From Octopus vulgaris (taxonomy: Eukaryota): a stretch of 64,000 bases of DNA. The notes beneath the pieces are model-generated. The model worked only from the letters and a program-made list of their open reading frames with translations, was not told the origin of the DNA and made no database searches. The DNA lies in the NCBI GenBank assembly GCA_951406725.2, contig OX597828.1:30814001-30878000 (forward strand). The letters are read 5' to 3'. The position numbers and the translations under genes were made by a program. This document shows positions 25,693-40,214 of the stretch, one piece after another; the first letter of the stretch is position 1, and each line of letters opens with the position of its first letter.

Positions 25693-26800
25693 ATGGGTTG
25701 GCAACTCTGTTCCCGGCCTCTTTTTTTCTTAAATTTTGAAAATTATTGCGTTTTAAATTTTGGAATCTATTTTTTTCCAGAATTCTATTTTTGAATCATT
25801 TTGGAATAATTTTTTTTTTCTAGTTAATTTTAGTTTATTTTCAGATCGTTAGAATGGAATGTCAAGTTAAGAAAAATGAGCATTTTCGACAGTCCGACTG
25901 TTTGCTTTCAATCAATGTTCTAAGGCCATAAAATCTGATCACGACATTTGTGCTGCGTATGGCGAGGGTGCCATAGCTGAAAGTTAAAAAATAGAAATTT
26001 TGACCTCAAAGCCGCAACAAAGTTCTGGCCCTCCAGTTGAGTTCGATGAAGAGCAATTAAACCAACGTTTGCACTAAAATTCTCGTCAAACCACAAGGGA
26101 ACTGGCACAGAAAATGGAATGCTCCCACACTGCTATAGAGAAACATATTCACTCGATGGATAAGGTTCAGAAGTATGGAACATGTGTTCCGCATGCAATA
26201 AGTGGCAACAACTAAAATTAACGAGCCACAATCTCCGCTGGTTTGCTTGCTCGTCACTACCCAGGTGACAAAAGCTGGTGCCTGTATATCAATATGAAGC
26301 AGCGTGAAACAAGAACTTCATCCGAGTAAAGCGATGTCGACTTCGACTCGCAACTCTATGTTTAACATATGGAACAACTTACAACTGCTACTCAAGAGAA
26401 AAGTCGTAATCGACAACACAGAGTTTCTTTTGATGCACAACAACGCCCGCTCTCACATCGCCAATATGACCAAGGAAGTCACTCAAACGCATGGCTGGAG
26501 AGTGATCCCACACTCACCGTACTCTCCTGATTTGGCACCAACGGATTCCACCTCTTTCAAATGCCTAAGCGCGGAGTTTCGTTTCATACTGATGCAGAAT
26601 TGAGAGCTTGGTTGGATCAAATTTTCGAGTCGAAACCGGGTAATTTTTACCAACGAGGTATTGAAAATCTTGTTGAACGTTGGGAAGAAGTTGTAAACAA
26701 CAAGGAGGAATACATTATTGATTAATTAGTTGTTATTTTTTATTAAACATTTCCAAAAATTTAATTTAATAAAACAGCGGGAACTTAGCTGCCAACCCAA
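25693..26800 (+). mobile_element. mariner transposon (mellifera-subfamily-like), internally deleted and decayed
   Basis: TIRs (A)TGGGTTGGCAACT.TGTTCCCG / CGGGAACTTAGCTGCCAACCCAA with flanking TA; MECQVKKNEHFR start at 25853, LMHNNARSH, HSPYSPDLAPTD, ENLVERWEEVVNNKEEYIID*. Confidence 0.92.
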
Positions 26801-26999
26801 TATTTTAAAGGATTTACGTTTCAAGATGCTTTATTCTACTTAAAACAGGTCCATTGAAATTCATGAAACAATATTCGGGCAAATATTCACAATTATATCT
26901 GGCTTCGACGTCTCGATTTTTCAAGGCTATTTCCACTTGATTCATATTGATTTTCAGGTGCTTTGTAAAACATCCAATTTCCATATATTTAGTTGCTAC

Positions 27000-27108
27000 A
27001 GATAGATAGATGGATAGCTAGCTAGCTAGACAGACAGACAAACAGATAGATAGACAGATAGATAGATAAATAGATTGATAGATAGATAGATAGAAAGATA
27101 GATAAATT

Positions 27109-27143
<35 letters not shown>
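27000..27143. repeat. (GATA)n compound microsatellite
   Basis: Read directly. Confidence 0.9.
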
Positions 27144-28417
27144 GCGAACATAGAAAATCTTGTCGAACCTCTCGGAAGTAGAACATTACTACAACATAGT
27201 AATTGTGTATGAGGTAAATCTCCTAATTCTCGTAAGAAAGTGATCGCATGTTCTCAGTTTAATGACGGAAGCGAGCCATCTAAAATAAATATATATTTAT
27301 AAAAAAAACACACACCCGTATTCTGATACGCAGCAAGATATCTTCTCTGTATCAATATATTCATTATCAGGATCAATATATTCTATCAAATTTGATGTAT
27401 TTGTTAAAAAGATTGTAGAATATTCTATTCTGGAGAGTACTTGAGCGACGATCACTCGGTGCCTTTTTCCTACAGACGTCATATCTCTATAATATAATAT
27501 GTATAACTTCCAATGTGCAGTTGAAGGTACTTATTTAACCGTTTTCTTTCCCCATTTCTAACTACTCAGAGTAGAGATTTTAAAGTATTTCTTTGATAAT
27601 GTCAATCACTCAATTTCATGCTATATTCCACTATTAGATGTAAGAGTCTATAATATGTAATATTATGTTAATAGTCTGTTTTGAATGGAATCTTAGCATT
27701 ACGCTGTAGATGCTCGACGTACGATGAGCCCCATAAATGCACGATAAACCACAGTGTCATCCTTAAAACACAGGTTATATAATATTAGATAATCACCGAA
27801 TGAAGTCGATGATACACTTCCTCAGAACAAGGGTGGCCGTGCCGTGACTGGAAGGCACTTTCTTATAGGTTTTCTAAATTAGAGCACATCTAGTTTGAAC
27901 TAGCCACGGCCAAAATTAATCCACGCTGAACGAACAAGTGACAATTTGTTTGAATAGTGGATATATTAGGAAAAGCAGCTAATGTTCCCTCATTTCTTAT
28001 TAAAACTTTATGATATATTGGAAAGTACAGACAGATATAAAAATGTCTGAATACGCCTTTGATCTAAGATTTGCCCGATAATTGGTGACCTGGGGCTTAA
28101 TGAAGACGATAACAACTGTCTCACGTTGGAAAGTATTAAATAGTTTGATGTGTTTTCCCATTAACGAAGACAAAAGTGAAAAAGGAACAAGACAGTTGAT
28201 GAAAAACCAGTCATCGACACATTTAATCTATCAATGCTCCACGCTTCGAACTATATATGTATATGATTGCATTAACGTATGTGTATGTGTGACTGTGTGA
28301 ATACTTACATACATATATACATACGGATATATAAATACATATATACACGTGAATGTATGTGAATGTATAAATACATATACATATGTATATATATATATAC
28401 ATATACATGCATACATA

Positions 28418-28494
<77 letters not shown>

Positions 28495-28949
28495 TCATAT
28501 ATATACATATATATCTACATACATATGTATACATTTACATATACGTGTATATTGTATAGCTGTGTTTCTATGAAAGACAAAAGTGTATTTTTTCTTTTGT
28601 TATTTGTTTAGCTTTCGTTAACCATAAAACGAAGCTCATATTGATTGCGGTTTTAAGCAACGAATATTTTTGCAAGATTGTATTTTTTTTTTTTTGTTTC
28701 TTGTCTCAATTCCAACATTATCACGGGGAAATACAATAAATATATATTAAGAATAATAGAAAATCGACAACAACATTGGTGACAAAAGAAAAATCAACGA
28801 CATTATTGCACAAATATTAGATTTCAATGTTCGTGTATGATTGTACACAGAACTTTCCTCCACATATATCATAAAAAATGACAATTATTATTGATATTAT
28901 TAATACTGCCATTATTATCATTTCTATTATGATTTTTCTCACTCCAATT

Positions 28950-28957
28950 TATTATTG

Positions 28958-29052
<95 letters not shown>

Positions 29053-29068
29053 AATATTATTATTATTG

Positions 29069-29106
<38 letters not shown>

Positions 29107-29135
29107 GTTATTATTATTATTATTATTATTACTAC
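28950..29135. repeat. Long interrupted (TTA)n tract followed by low-complexity CA/CT-rich sequence
   Basis: Read directly. Confidence 0.9.
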
Positions 29136-30163
29136 TTTTATTATCTTTGTTGTCATCGGCACCAACGTTTGTTCCATCACCAACCACACGCACGAGCACT
29201 GCGACCAGCCAGTATTGCCAGCACCACAGTCATTTCATTTCTCGCGCACGCTTCCTCATCCTTCTTCTCCTCCACCTTCCGACCCCTCCCCCCTTTGGCT
29301 CCACCTTCACCTCCACCTCCATCTCTACATTCAAATCCATCTTCCTCTCAACATCATTATCATCATCACCAGCGCTACGATCGCCATCGCGAACTAATAC
29401 GGTAACAACATCACCAACACTACGATCACCAACACCACCTAATAGAATGATTACTATTATCATCTTCCACGTCACCGATATCATATATCATAACTGATAA
29501 AGAGTACTGAAATTATACACTAAACTTTCTTCTGATCTAATTTTGTATTGTTTGCTAAATTTTATCAGCTGCAATTTTTCCAAGCATATCAATATCCTTT
29601 GTTGCATTAATATCTCATTTATATCAACCGGAATGAAGTTAGAAATTCTAGAATCAAACGAAGGTTTTCAGCGAAACCAACGATAATCTCAGATATTTTG
29701 GGTAAATAAATGGTAGCACCTACTTTTTTTTCCCTTGATAATTGTCTCGGCGATATTATTTGTAGTATCAAATTCCTGCCAAGGAATTCAAGAAATTCTC
29801 AGCTAAAAGTAAAAGAAAAATCTAAATGTAATCACGTCTATTGATATTTACTCCTCAATCAATATCCACATCAGACTCTAGCCTTGCCAAGTCTTCACAA
29901 AATAGATTATCTTAAAATTATACCCTATATTACGGTTTTATGTTGTAAATAATTTCTGCGTTGTTTCCACTTTGGAGAACATCCCTGCTCTTCCCCTTCA
30001 CTCTCTGTGTGTCTGTCTCTATCTGACTACGTGTCTGTTCTGTTACATCTATACACACACACACTTGTGTGTATCTCTGTATGCGTGTGTGTGAGTGTGT
30101 GCGCGTATGTATGTAGCTATCCATCTATTTACTTCAATATATTTGTCTCTTCCCTCTCTTTCA

Positions 30164-30213
<50 letters not shown>

Positions 30214-32470
30214 AAAGTCGTGTGTGTGTGTGTCCTTGTGTGTGAGCGTGTGCGCTCGTGTGTGTACGTGTGAGCGTGTGTGCATAGATACCTACAAATA
30301 TGCATTCACGTACAATGCTTGCCCTCCAGAAATGAGATTCAGTAAAGAGGCTGTCCATGTATACTACAGTACCTTTGTAACAACGCCATATTCAATAAAG
30401 TTTGCAAGCAACTTCAAGGTTCTTTTATTTTCATTGATGCTATATCTTAGCCTTTCCTATACTTCTTTTTATCAGGAAAATCAACCCTGAATGATCGCTG
30501 AATGATGACAAGTAATATTGCGTATATTCTTTGGTGATTCTCCCCAATATTGTCTGCAATTGAAGTGCTTCCTATCTCCGTTACAGATGTCAGCGTATCA
30601 AAAGTGGGGTTCGTACTCTGAAAGCTTCAATCCACCAGAATCTCGCATTACGATTGGCATATTATCTCTACAAGAATCCATGACCGTATGTAAATCTGTA
30701 AAGCGAAAGGAGCAATTCCTTTTTTGCCCTTTAAGATGAATTGCTCATCCGATATGAACCCAGCTAATGTCGACCTTATTCCGCATCGCTATTAATAAAC
30801 AAGTAGTCTTCAATAGGTAGAACTATACATAGTGGACAAGGAGAGGATTATAACAAGCTGAATATGAAATATTTGGTTATACAAGTAACGAGCCAGAATA
30901 ATTCGAAGATACATTTCTTGAATGTCTCTCAGAAGCAAATTCACATTCATTTGCTTTATTTGTGGTGTTCTTGTTAGTTATGGTTTTAGATGATAATGTG
31001 TAATTTATTCAACATGTATGGGGAGCGTAGAAATTTTGTCACGCAAAGCGCACGGAACACATGGAGACAACTTTCATATGACCGTTATCCTTTATTACTT
31101 ATACGCATTGCATCAAACTGAATGTAAGCGAATTATTAGACAGTCAATTTACAATCGCAAGAGAAACTAATGAACACCTTTCATTATCTAATGAAAACGC
31201 ACGCAAACTTTGAATAAATTGAGAATTAGTTGTCGACTTAGAACCATGTTTCACATAGTGTGAAACAGATTTAGATTAATGTTAATTAAACGTCAGGGGT
31301 ATTGCAAATCCAGCATGATATTATATATTTCAATAGTTGAAGAGAAAATATATTAGGATTATATTAATAACGAGGATTGCGTTGATGAGAAACGAGATTG
31401 AAAATAATGGAAACGTTACTGAACAACATAATTTTCAGGAAAGTAATAGACAAGAAACTTGCTCCCCCTGCAAGAAAAATGTTGCAAATGAAATAAGAAA
31501 GCGGTTACAGTTTTGTTTACAAAACCGTGAAAGTTCATAATGCAATAAATATATATGTAAACGTAATCAAATTCAAAATGGTACCAAGTTTATCCGAGGT
31601 ATTAAGGTTGGATTACTTGTAATTCGACGCAGAACCGGTATCGAAAAAAAGGTTTCTTTGAAGTCTTTATGCTTTTTCTATTTATATCCTTTTCCCGAGA
31701 TTTAAATACACGCACGCACACACACACACACACGTACTTACACACACATGCGCCCGTACAAACATATACATACACACTCACGCAGACGAAAGGCATTCTC
31801 CTTATCTCTTTCTCTCCGACTCTCGCTGCATGTGTGCGTTTGTCTATTTCTCATTCTCCCCCCTCTCTCTCACACACTGAAGCACACAATTCCTTTGGTC
31901 CGTATTACATCAGACGTAGACAGATATGAATGTGTGTGCGTGTGTTTGCGTGTATGTGTGTGTATGCTTGTTTGTCTGTGCATTTTTTATGTATTCAACT
32001 GCTTCTCTATATTTTAAGTGTATGATATATGTCATTGTCAACCCAAGCTTATTCCAGAAAAAGAAAACATTTCCTTAAGTTGATTTTTCGTGCTTTTGAA
32101 GCTGCAAACAACGCGCTTTATATGGACGCTTGATATTAAGAAAAATCAATAGTTCATATACTTGGTAGGAATGAGGATAACCTTTGAAAGATATCATAAT
32201 ACTAAAAGCTTACAACGTATCATAATCAGGATATGCCTTAAGATACGGAAATAGATATGTGGTATCATTTCAGTATGTTGCTCTAACTACGACTTAAGCT
32301 TTTACCCGTACACCAACCCTGTATTCATCCTTGATTTTAAAAGTTGCCTAAATATATTTATGGAATCGAATATACAAACAGTCATCGTTGAAAGACGTAG
32401 TATAAGTCATTATATATGCTTTCAGGATTTATTGAGATAGTAAGCATTTAAGTATATTATATTTAAATAG

Positions 32471-32777
32471 GTGGAGGCGCAATGGCCTAGTGGTTAGGGC
32501 AGCGGACTCGCGGTCGCAGGATCGCGGTTTCGATTCCCAGACCGAGCGTTGTGAGTGTTTATTGAGCGAAAACACCTAAAAGCTCCACGAGACTCCGGCA
32601 GGGGGTGGTGATCCCTGCTGTACTCTTTCGCCACTCTTACTCCCACTCTTTCTTCTGTTGGCCTGCTCGCTTAGCCAGCGGGGTGGCGTCATTCGAAGGC
32701 TAAAAAACAATGCGAACGCATTGTGACCAGAGATGTGTAACAACATCTGATGGTCTGGTCGGTCACGTGATCACGTA
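32471..32777 (+). mobile_element. Full-length tRNA-derived SINE with 12-bp TSD
   Basis: GGCGCAATGGCCTAGTGGTTAGGGCAGCGGACTCGCGG...GGTTTCGATTCC head; TSD ATATTTAAATAG at 32459-32470 and 32778-32789. Confidence 0.9.
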
Positions 32778-33169
32778 ATATTTAAATAGATGAATCGGCA
32801 GGATTATTGGATCATCAAACATAATGCATTGTGGGACGTGTTGCAGCTCAACACGCACGGAGTTGATACCTCGCTTAGGTCTTGTTTGATCTTCTTCCTA
32901 TCAAGTTTCATAAAGTATAGCCTGTCTAAATATTGAGGTCTCTCACACACACGCGCGCGCTCTGTCTGTCTGTCTGATGGCTTTCTCTGTTTTCGTTTTC
33001 TGTCTCTGTCAGGTACTACGTTACTCAAATCGTTTTAGCAAGGAGTGTCCACATCTCGTTCCATTCAATCCGTTCACCACCATTATTTGTTTAAGAGCAA
33101 AACAAAGATTCTGTCAAATTGTGAAGGTATGTAATATATATATATATCGATCAACATCAATGGAAACTG

Positions 33170-33500
33170 CAGCTGTGATACCAGTGCCGGTGGTACGTAA
33201 GAGAAGCATGCGAACGTGGCCGTTGCCAGCGCCGCCCTGAATGGCCTCGTGCTGGTGGTACGTAAAAAGCACCATCCGATTGTGGCCGTTGCCAGCCTCA
33301 CCTAGCCTCGTGCCGGTGGCACGTAAAAAACACCCACTACACTCACGGAGTGGTTTCGCGTTAGGAAGGGCATCCAGCTGTAGAAACATTGCCAGATCAG
33401 ACTGGGCCTGGTGCAGCCTTCTGGCTTCCCAGACCCAGTTGAACCGTCCAACCTATGCTAGCATGGAAGGAGGACGCAAAACAATGATGATGATGATGAC
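33170..33500 (+). mobile_element. 5'-truncated SINE-like retroposon with three internal ~61-65-bp repeats and (ATG)n tail
   Basis: GTGCYGGTGGYACGTAA three times; GCGTTAGGAAGGGCATCCAGCTGTAGAAA block; tail ATGATGATGATGAC. Confidence 0.75.
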
Positions 33501-34492
33501 GATATTATATTTAAAGACTTGTTAATCTTCTACCTTCATATATTGAATTTATACATCAACAATATATATATATATATTTAAGACTTCCCACGTTAGCCAA
33601 AGATGATACGCAACGATAGAAAAATAATGAAGATGAGAGAATAAAAGTATCTAAATAATAGAGGACTATACCATCATAGAAATCGTCTCCAGTGAACTTC
33701 AGATTTGCGATATGTTTAGGACCATTTGATTAAGGTTTCTTTTAAGCGTCAACATGACACACATAAAAGTAGTAGCTGCAAAGATTCCAAACAGATTTAT
33801 ACCAATATAGACTTCCTGCTGTATTAGAAATTTAGTTATATTGATTTACATATCATGATGTTATGTTGTCATGTGTCCAAAACCACGACATATTGTGTCT
33901 AGATTATTACAACTACTAATTTACTAACAGTGCAACAAACTATAAAAGGAATTCGATGTCTAAAACAAATATTAAATAAACGACTACTTCCTGAGAAGGA
34001 CAGTGATTTACCAAATAAACTCGAGGTTTCTCGATGTCCGCTTAAAGGACAGAATTATAGTGAGTCTCTGTTAGTCAGGGTTTGGAGATACGCAAGTCAC
34101 TTTAATTACAGAGAAACATCAATCGGTACATTATCGATTAATGGAAAAAAGAAATAAAAGAAATATAGTCGATACAGAAATGTCAGTGCAAATTATTTTC
34201 CACCACACGTCGAGTAATTTTGTAAGTGAATTTAAGTGAAATTAGAAGCGATGGAAACGTATAAAACATTTAGATAAGTTCCACTAGCAGAACGAATCTG
34301 AAGATCGTAATTATCAGAGATAGCACAAATATAGGAAATAATTTTGAGATAAGAACCCGCATACATCCATCTGTATGTATGTGTGTGGGTATACATATAT
34401 GTCTATATATTATTTTTATTGTTTATTGTTTTCATCTTTTCCACGATTCAGCCATTTGACTGCGGCCATGTAGGAGCAGCGCCTTTATATAT

Positions 34493-34885
34493 AGGAGTGG
34501 CTGTGTGGTAAGTACCTTGCTTACCAACCACATTGTTCCGGGTTCAGTCCCACTGCTTGGCACCTTGGGCAAGTGTCTTCTACTATAGCCTCGGGCCGAC
34601 CAAAGCCTTGTGAGTGGATTTGGTAGATGGAAACTGAAAGAAGCCCGTCGTATATATTGTATATATATATATGCGTGTGTGTGTTTGAGTGTCTGTGTTT
34701 GTCCCCCTAGCATTGCTTGACAACCGATGCTGGTGTGTTTATGTCCCCGTTACTTAGCGGTTCGGCAAAAAAGACCGATAAAATAAGTACTGGGCTTATA
34801 AAAGAATAAGTCCCGGGGTCGATTTGCACGATTAAAGGCGGTGCTCCAGCATGGCCGCAGTCAAATGACTGAAACAAGTAAAATG
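34493..34885 (+). mobile_element. Full-length tRNA-derived SINE
   Basis: AGGAGTGGCTGTGTGGTAAG A box, GGGTTCAGTCCC B box, CACCTTGGGCAAGT core-like block, internal (TA)/(TG) tract; several other copies in the window. Confidence 0.88.
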
Positions 34886-35534
34886 GTCAAAAAGGGTATA
34901 TATATATATATATATATATATTTATACATGTGTATGCATACATACAAGCACACGTACATACAGATCATAAATAAATATAAATAAAATATTCTCCGTATAT
35001 AATACACTAATGAGTGCTCAAGAGGATTACACTTCAGCGGTTATAAAAATAAATGTAAGGATAGTCAATTTAGGAGGTCAATATACAGCGTATAGAAAAT
35101 ACAGGAAATACAAAAAAATGCAAGTAATTTGCGTAAAAAAAGCCTGACATACACAGACTAGAAATGATATGAAGAATCAAAAGAGTTACAGAAATGCATC
35201 GCAAATCCAACAGTTGTTTCTTGGGGTTCGGTGGTCGACGGATGAGACAAGTTTCATCTTTTAACTTATTTCTGTCAACACCTCAAATGTAAAATGTCTT
35301 CCTTGAAGACGGAAGTCTGTCTCGTCCGACGATGCAATCAATCTACAAACGTTATTTCGGAACAAAAAAAAACTGCTGTTGGATTTGTAATACTTTTCTT
35401 CAACACATTTTATACTTGATATTGAGTGTATGACAAAAATATTTGTATACAAATATGCATTTATTTTATATTTCATGTATTTGATATACTTTGTATATTG
35501 ACATACCTAACTTGCATATCTTTACATATACGTT

Positions 35535-35599
<65 letters not shown>

Positions 35600-35750
35600 C
35601 AAGGATTTAAATACATATAGATATATGCAAAAAATATATATCTTTTATACTTGTGTGCAGGTATGCATATATATGGATATAAATATAAATTTAAATACAG
35701 ATACACACGGACAAACACAAACACAAGTATGTATACATGCATACATGTAT

Positions 35751-35833
<83 letters not shown>

Positions 35834-36840
35834 ATAAAACACACGAAGGAAGAAACGATTCCTTGAAAGGGATGTAAAACATTCAATTCACTGGAACGGA
35901 AGTTGAATACCACGGAAATAGAGGTATAAACACAAATTAAAAATACATTATATAGAGAATTGCAATTGACAATCTAACAATTTATTGCATTATAATATAA
36001 AATAATATAGTATAATACAATATATTATAATATTACATAATACAATATAATATACTACAAATATAACATAAAATAAACTCTATGACCATAAATAAGTATA
36101 TTTACGATTATTCACAAATATATAACTATACATAATAACCCTTGTAATCTTCATATCTACACATACGCAAATCTTAGAATAATTACCAAATTACTTAGTC
36201 TACGAGAAAGAAAAAAATGTAAGTCGAATTTATATATTTATAAGTAAAGTAGCTATATAGATATAAAAAGTAACCGGAAATACTTACTCGGCAGTAAAAC
36301 TTTTTCGTCACATTCTGGTAATATATACAAATATTCATTTAGTATTATTATCTTCATCATTAATTTATAAATTAACTCAATTTATTTATAAATGTATAAT
36401 CATTTAGTATAACGAAGGCAGCTTACTTAAGATTTATAATAGATATCTTACTACGAATATACCGACACATCCTTTAGTCAATACAAATGCCTTCACTTGA
36501 ACTTAATACGAAATATGAATTGATCAACTAAAAATTTCCCTCGTAATTCAACATTATTATACAATTAAACATTTAAAATAACAAACATTTAGTCTCAATA
36601 AAGAAACCTACCAGGGATTCAGTTTAAAAACAAAGCCTTAATTTTCTCAACCAATAATTTTCAGTTAGAATAAAGAACTTCTACAATGTACATCGTAATA
36701 AATAAATAAATATATAAATAATGTCACCTCAATGTAAATTCGTTAAGTCATGTTATCAAATGATATAGGTATATATGATGATACATTCATTACTTTATCC
36801 ATTAACAAATAATCATGCGTATAAAATAAATGCGCAAATA

Positions 36841-36932
<92 letters not shown>

Positions 36933-38339
36933 AATATACATACATATACATATCTATAAACATATATTGATACGTATACAGATACACATACACACGCAGC
37001 TATACATATAAACATAAACATATATATACGATATAGAAGTCCAAAACCATAAACACACACATATATACATACAGGGTAAATTGTAGCCATTTCTCCGCAG
37101 ACTGAAAAAATGATGAACAAGTTTAATCGATTTTCGATCCTTATTGCATTCTCATGAGAGTCATCCACATCCGTTTTACAATCCCCAGAGAAAACAAGCA
37201 GCGAATCTGTTTATATACTGAGAAAATGCAGCAGTTATTCTATGAAGGAATCCCTAATTTGCATGCCGAAGATGTTTAATACTCTATAAATAACAGCGGT
37301 CGTCAGGAAGATTTTTAGCGTTAAAAAGTATAATTAGTTCGTGGATATGGATTTTTGAAATGAGAAACCGCCTTCACATTTTGTATTTAAAAAATAACCA
37401 ATCACATGTATCGTATAATTCGTGGCCCCATAGTAGATACGAAGAGGTTCGTGAGAACGGTTAAGGGCAATAATAAAATAGAAATATTGTATGTCAGTAT
37501 GTAGTGTCTGTTATCATTGAGTGGTTATTGAAGTGTGTTAGTCTCGAGCAGGATTCGAAAAATCTAATGGAAATGTCTGAACATCCAAATATTATTCGCA
37601 TAGCACAATGAGAAGTAAGTCTTTGTTTGATTTTTGGCATCCCTAAAGGTTTCGCTCACGCATTTACAGCAAACAAGGCTCCGGAACAGACTTTAGATTG
37701 TGTAGGTGTATATTTATCCACTCCTTATGTTTACACACACTATGAGTAGAGCAACAGGCTGCAGAAATTTGAAAATTAGAGCCGACCAAACAGAAAATAT
37801 CGTCTACAAAGAAATTTTGTAATCATATTAATATTATCAAAAGGAATATTATTCATAATTTCAAGAAGGAAATTTGTGAACTTTATATGTGTAAGAGTAT
37901 ATACAGATGTAAAATTCTGTAATCAACGAAAATAAAAGTATATCTAAATAATATGCGTTATTAATACTGTTTACGTAGTGGTCGAAGGAAGCTCTGACTT
38001 TCGTTAGGTGTGATCCACATAAACGTTCATGATACAGAGTCGGAAGCTTATTTCAGTTCGAGAGGAATTCACCCTCACAACATCCTTAGTCGCAAACACA
38101 TATCATATAGCTGCAACAGAATGCTGTATCAACAATAGTGTAATTTCTCTTAGACATCACCCAGTAATCTATCAAATCCATCCATATATATTTCTCAATA
38201 CATACTGCTCTTATGACTTCTCTCCCTCCTGTTACGCCTCCATCGTAGATGGATGGATTTGCTAGTATAGTCAATTCTAAAAGGCCCAGAATTATATACT
38301 TGTCGATTCTAGAAAATTTCTTTCGATGTATGCCATTAC

Positions 38340-38575
38340 GTATTTCTTTACTACCCACAAGGGGCTAAACGCAGAGGGGACAAACAAGGAGAGACAAACG
38401 GATTAAGTCGATTATATCGACCCCAGTGCATAACTGGTACTTATTTAATCGATCCCGAAAGGATGAAAGGCAAAGTCGACCTGGGCGGAATTTGAACTCA
38501 GAACGCCGCGGCAGACGAAATACCGCGAAGCATTTCGCCCGGCGTGCTAACGTTTTTGCCAGCTCGCCGCCTTAT
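38340..38575 (-). mobile_element. tRNA-derived SINE with 14-bp TSD
   Basis: TSD ATGTATGCCATTAC at 38326-38339 and 38576-38589; minus-strand head AAGGCGGCGAGCTGGCA...GAGTTCAAATTCC and central GCCTTTCATCCTTTCGGG.TCGAT block (Meta-domain-like, from memory). Confidence 0.9.
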
Positions 38576-39785
38576 ATGTATGCCATTACCACTGGCCATG
38601 TTACGAATAATGCAAGATATCATAATACTATATCGTCTATCGCAGAGTCAATTTTGAATAAAGTTTGTTAAATCTTCAAAAAAGGGATTCAACATCGTTG
38701 ATACCATCTACCTCATGACAAATGACTGTTATAATCACTAAAAATCGAGATTATACAACATCGATTTATGTGATTCCATTATCGGTTCTTCACTTCTGTC
38801 ATTAAAAAAAACCCATATAAATCATCACTGAATAATTATACGAGCCTTACAATTTAATAGCTGTAATTGAAATAAAATATATATAGTAATTATATGAAAA
38901 GTAGGAAATATGATTATAATTGTGGCGGCAACATTAACGTATTGATCTAAGTTTAATACCATTCACTGTAATGAGATTGGTTGAATTGAAAATTTCAATA
39001 TGCATCTGATCAGAAGGGTTGATGGAAATTTTTAAAAATGAATAGATTACAATAATGAATATTCATTAAAATGACTGCCAACGAGATTAGAAGAAGGTCT
39101 TAGGCTTAACATAGACGACGTGAATATTTCAATCAATCATCATTTACTCTGTTCATTAAGTTTTGGCTCCATGTTGACTGCATATTAGAGATAGCTATGT
39201 GAAAAACGTGTGATTAATATTCCAATACAAATTGTTGCAGGTGAGTTATACATTAGAATATGAACTGAAAGTGACTTCCATGATTGATGCAATCACGTAC
39301 TATAACATGCTGATTCGCTCTTTCTATAACAACGTCATGTTAATAAACACAGACAAACTTACACACATATATACATGAGTATGCATATATATATATATAT
39401 GTATATGTTTGTGTGTGTGTGTGTCTGTGTGTGTATGTGTGTGTGAGTGTGTGTGTATGTATGTGTGATGGATTGCGTCACTATTTCAACGACGAACATT
39501 GACAGCTCGTTCAATTGACGCCTGACTCACTGAACATTGCACGTTATTCCTTAACACAGTACGAAAGCGGAATGAAGTGCTAGAGTATATGACATGGTTC
39601 TATATCTGGATTTCATGTACAAATAATTCAAAGCATGTATATTTGTATATTTTCTCCGTCCAACCCATTTCACTCACAAGGATACGTAAACGTCATTTAG
39701 TCATGATGACACAAAGTTGGCTAATGTAGTTTTTACATGATTTCTAAAGGAAGTTCTCAATAAGATGACGTTGCTTTCATCTTAA

Positions 39786-39826
<41 letters not shown>

Positions 39827-39937
39827 TGTAGTGGTGTGTCTTTACTGTTATCTCTCTCCCCATATATACACCACTCGCTCATTCGCTGGGGAGAATCGCG
39901 CGGAATAGAAAGATTGAAATAGGCTATGTTAACTGTA

Positions 39938-40214
39938 GACTGCATCGATGAAGGTAAGACACTGTTGCTGGGTAATTCACAATTCTATTACTCTATGAAG
40001 AATTGAATAGCGTGCTCTCCGTAATATGTATTTTTATCTTGTAATTTATTTTGTATTTTTATTTGTATCGTTTTTACATCCTGTTTGTGTTACATTTTAT
40101 TTTTTTGTTTCTTGTTTTTACCCCTCTGCGAAGTAATTTTATTTTAATTCTCTCGCAGGAAGGGCTCGTTTCGACGAGTCGTGTTCTGTCTTACCTCCGA
40201 AACACGCTAGAGTT
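39938..40214 (+). ncRNA. Candidate hammerhead with very large stem II insertion (family C)
   Basis: TCGATGA-AGGTAAGACA (39945-39961) pairs perfectly over 10 bp with TGTCTTACCT (40187-40196), followed by CC-GAAA-CACGC-TA-GAGTT. Confidence 0.4.

Noticed and set aside
28878-29497. Longest ORFs in the window (143-175 aa)
   Set aside because: They are built from (TTA)n plus low-complexity sequence that is open in several frames on both strands.
32474-32545. tRNA-like sequence as a functional tRNA gene
   Set aside because: It has no proper acceptor stem, runs into a SINE body and is flanked by a TSD, so it is a SINE head.
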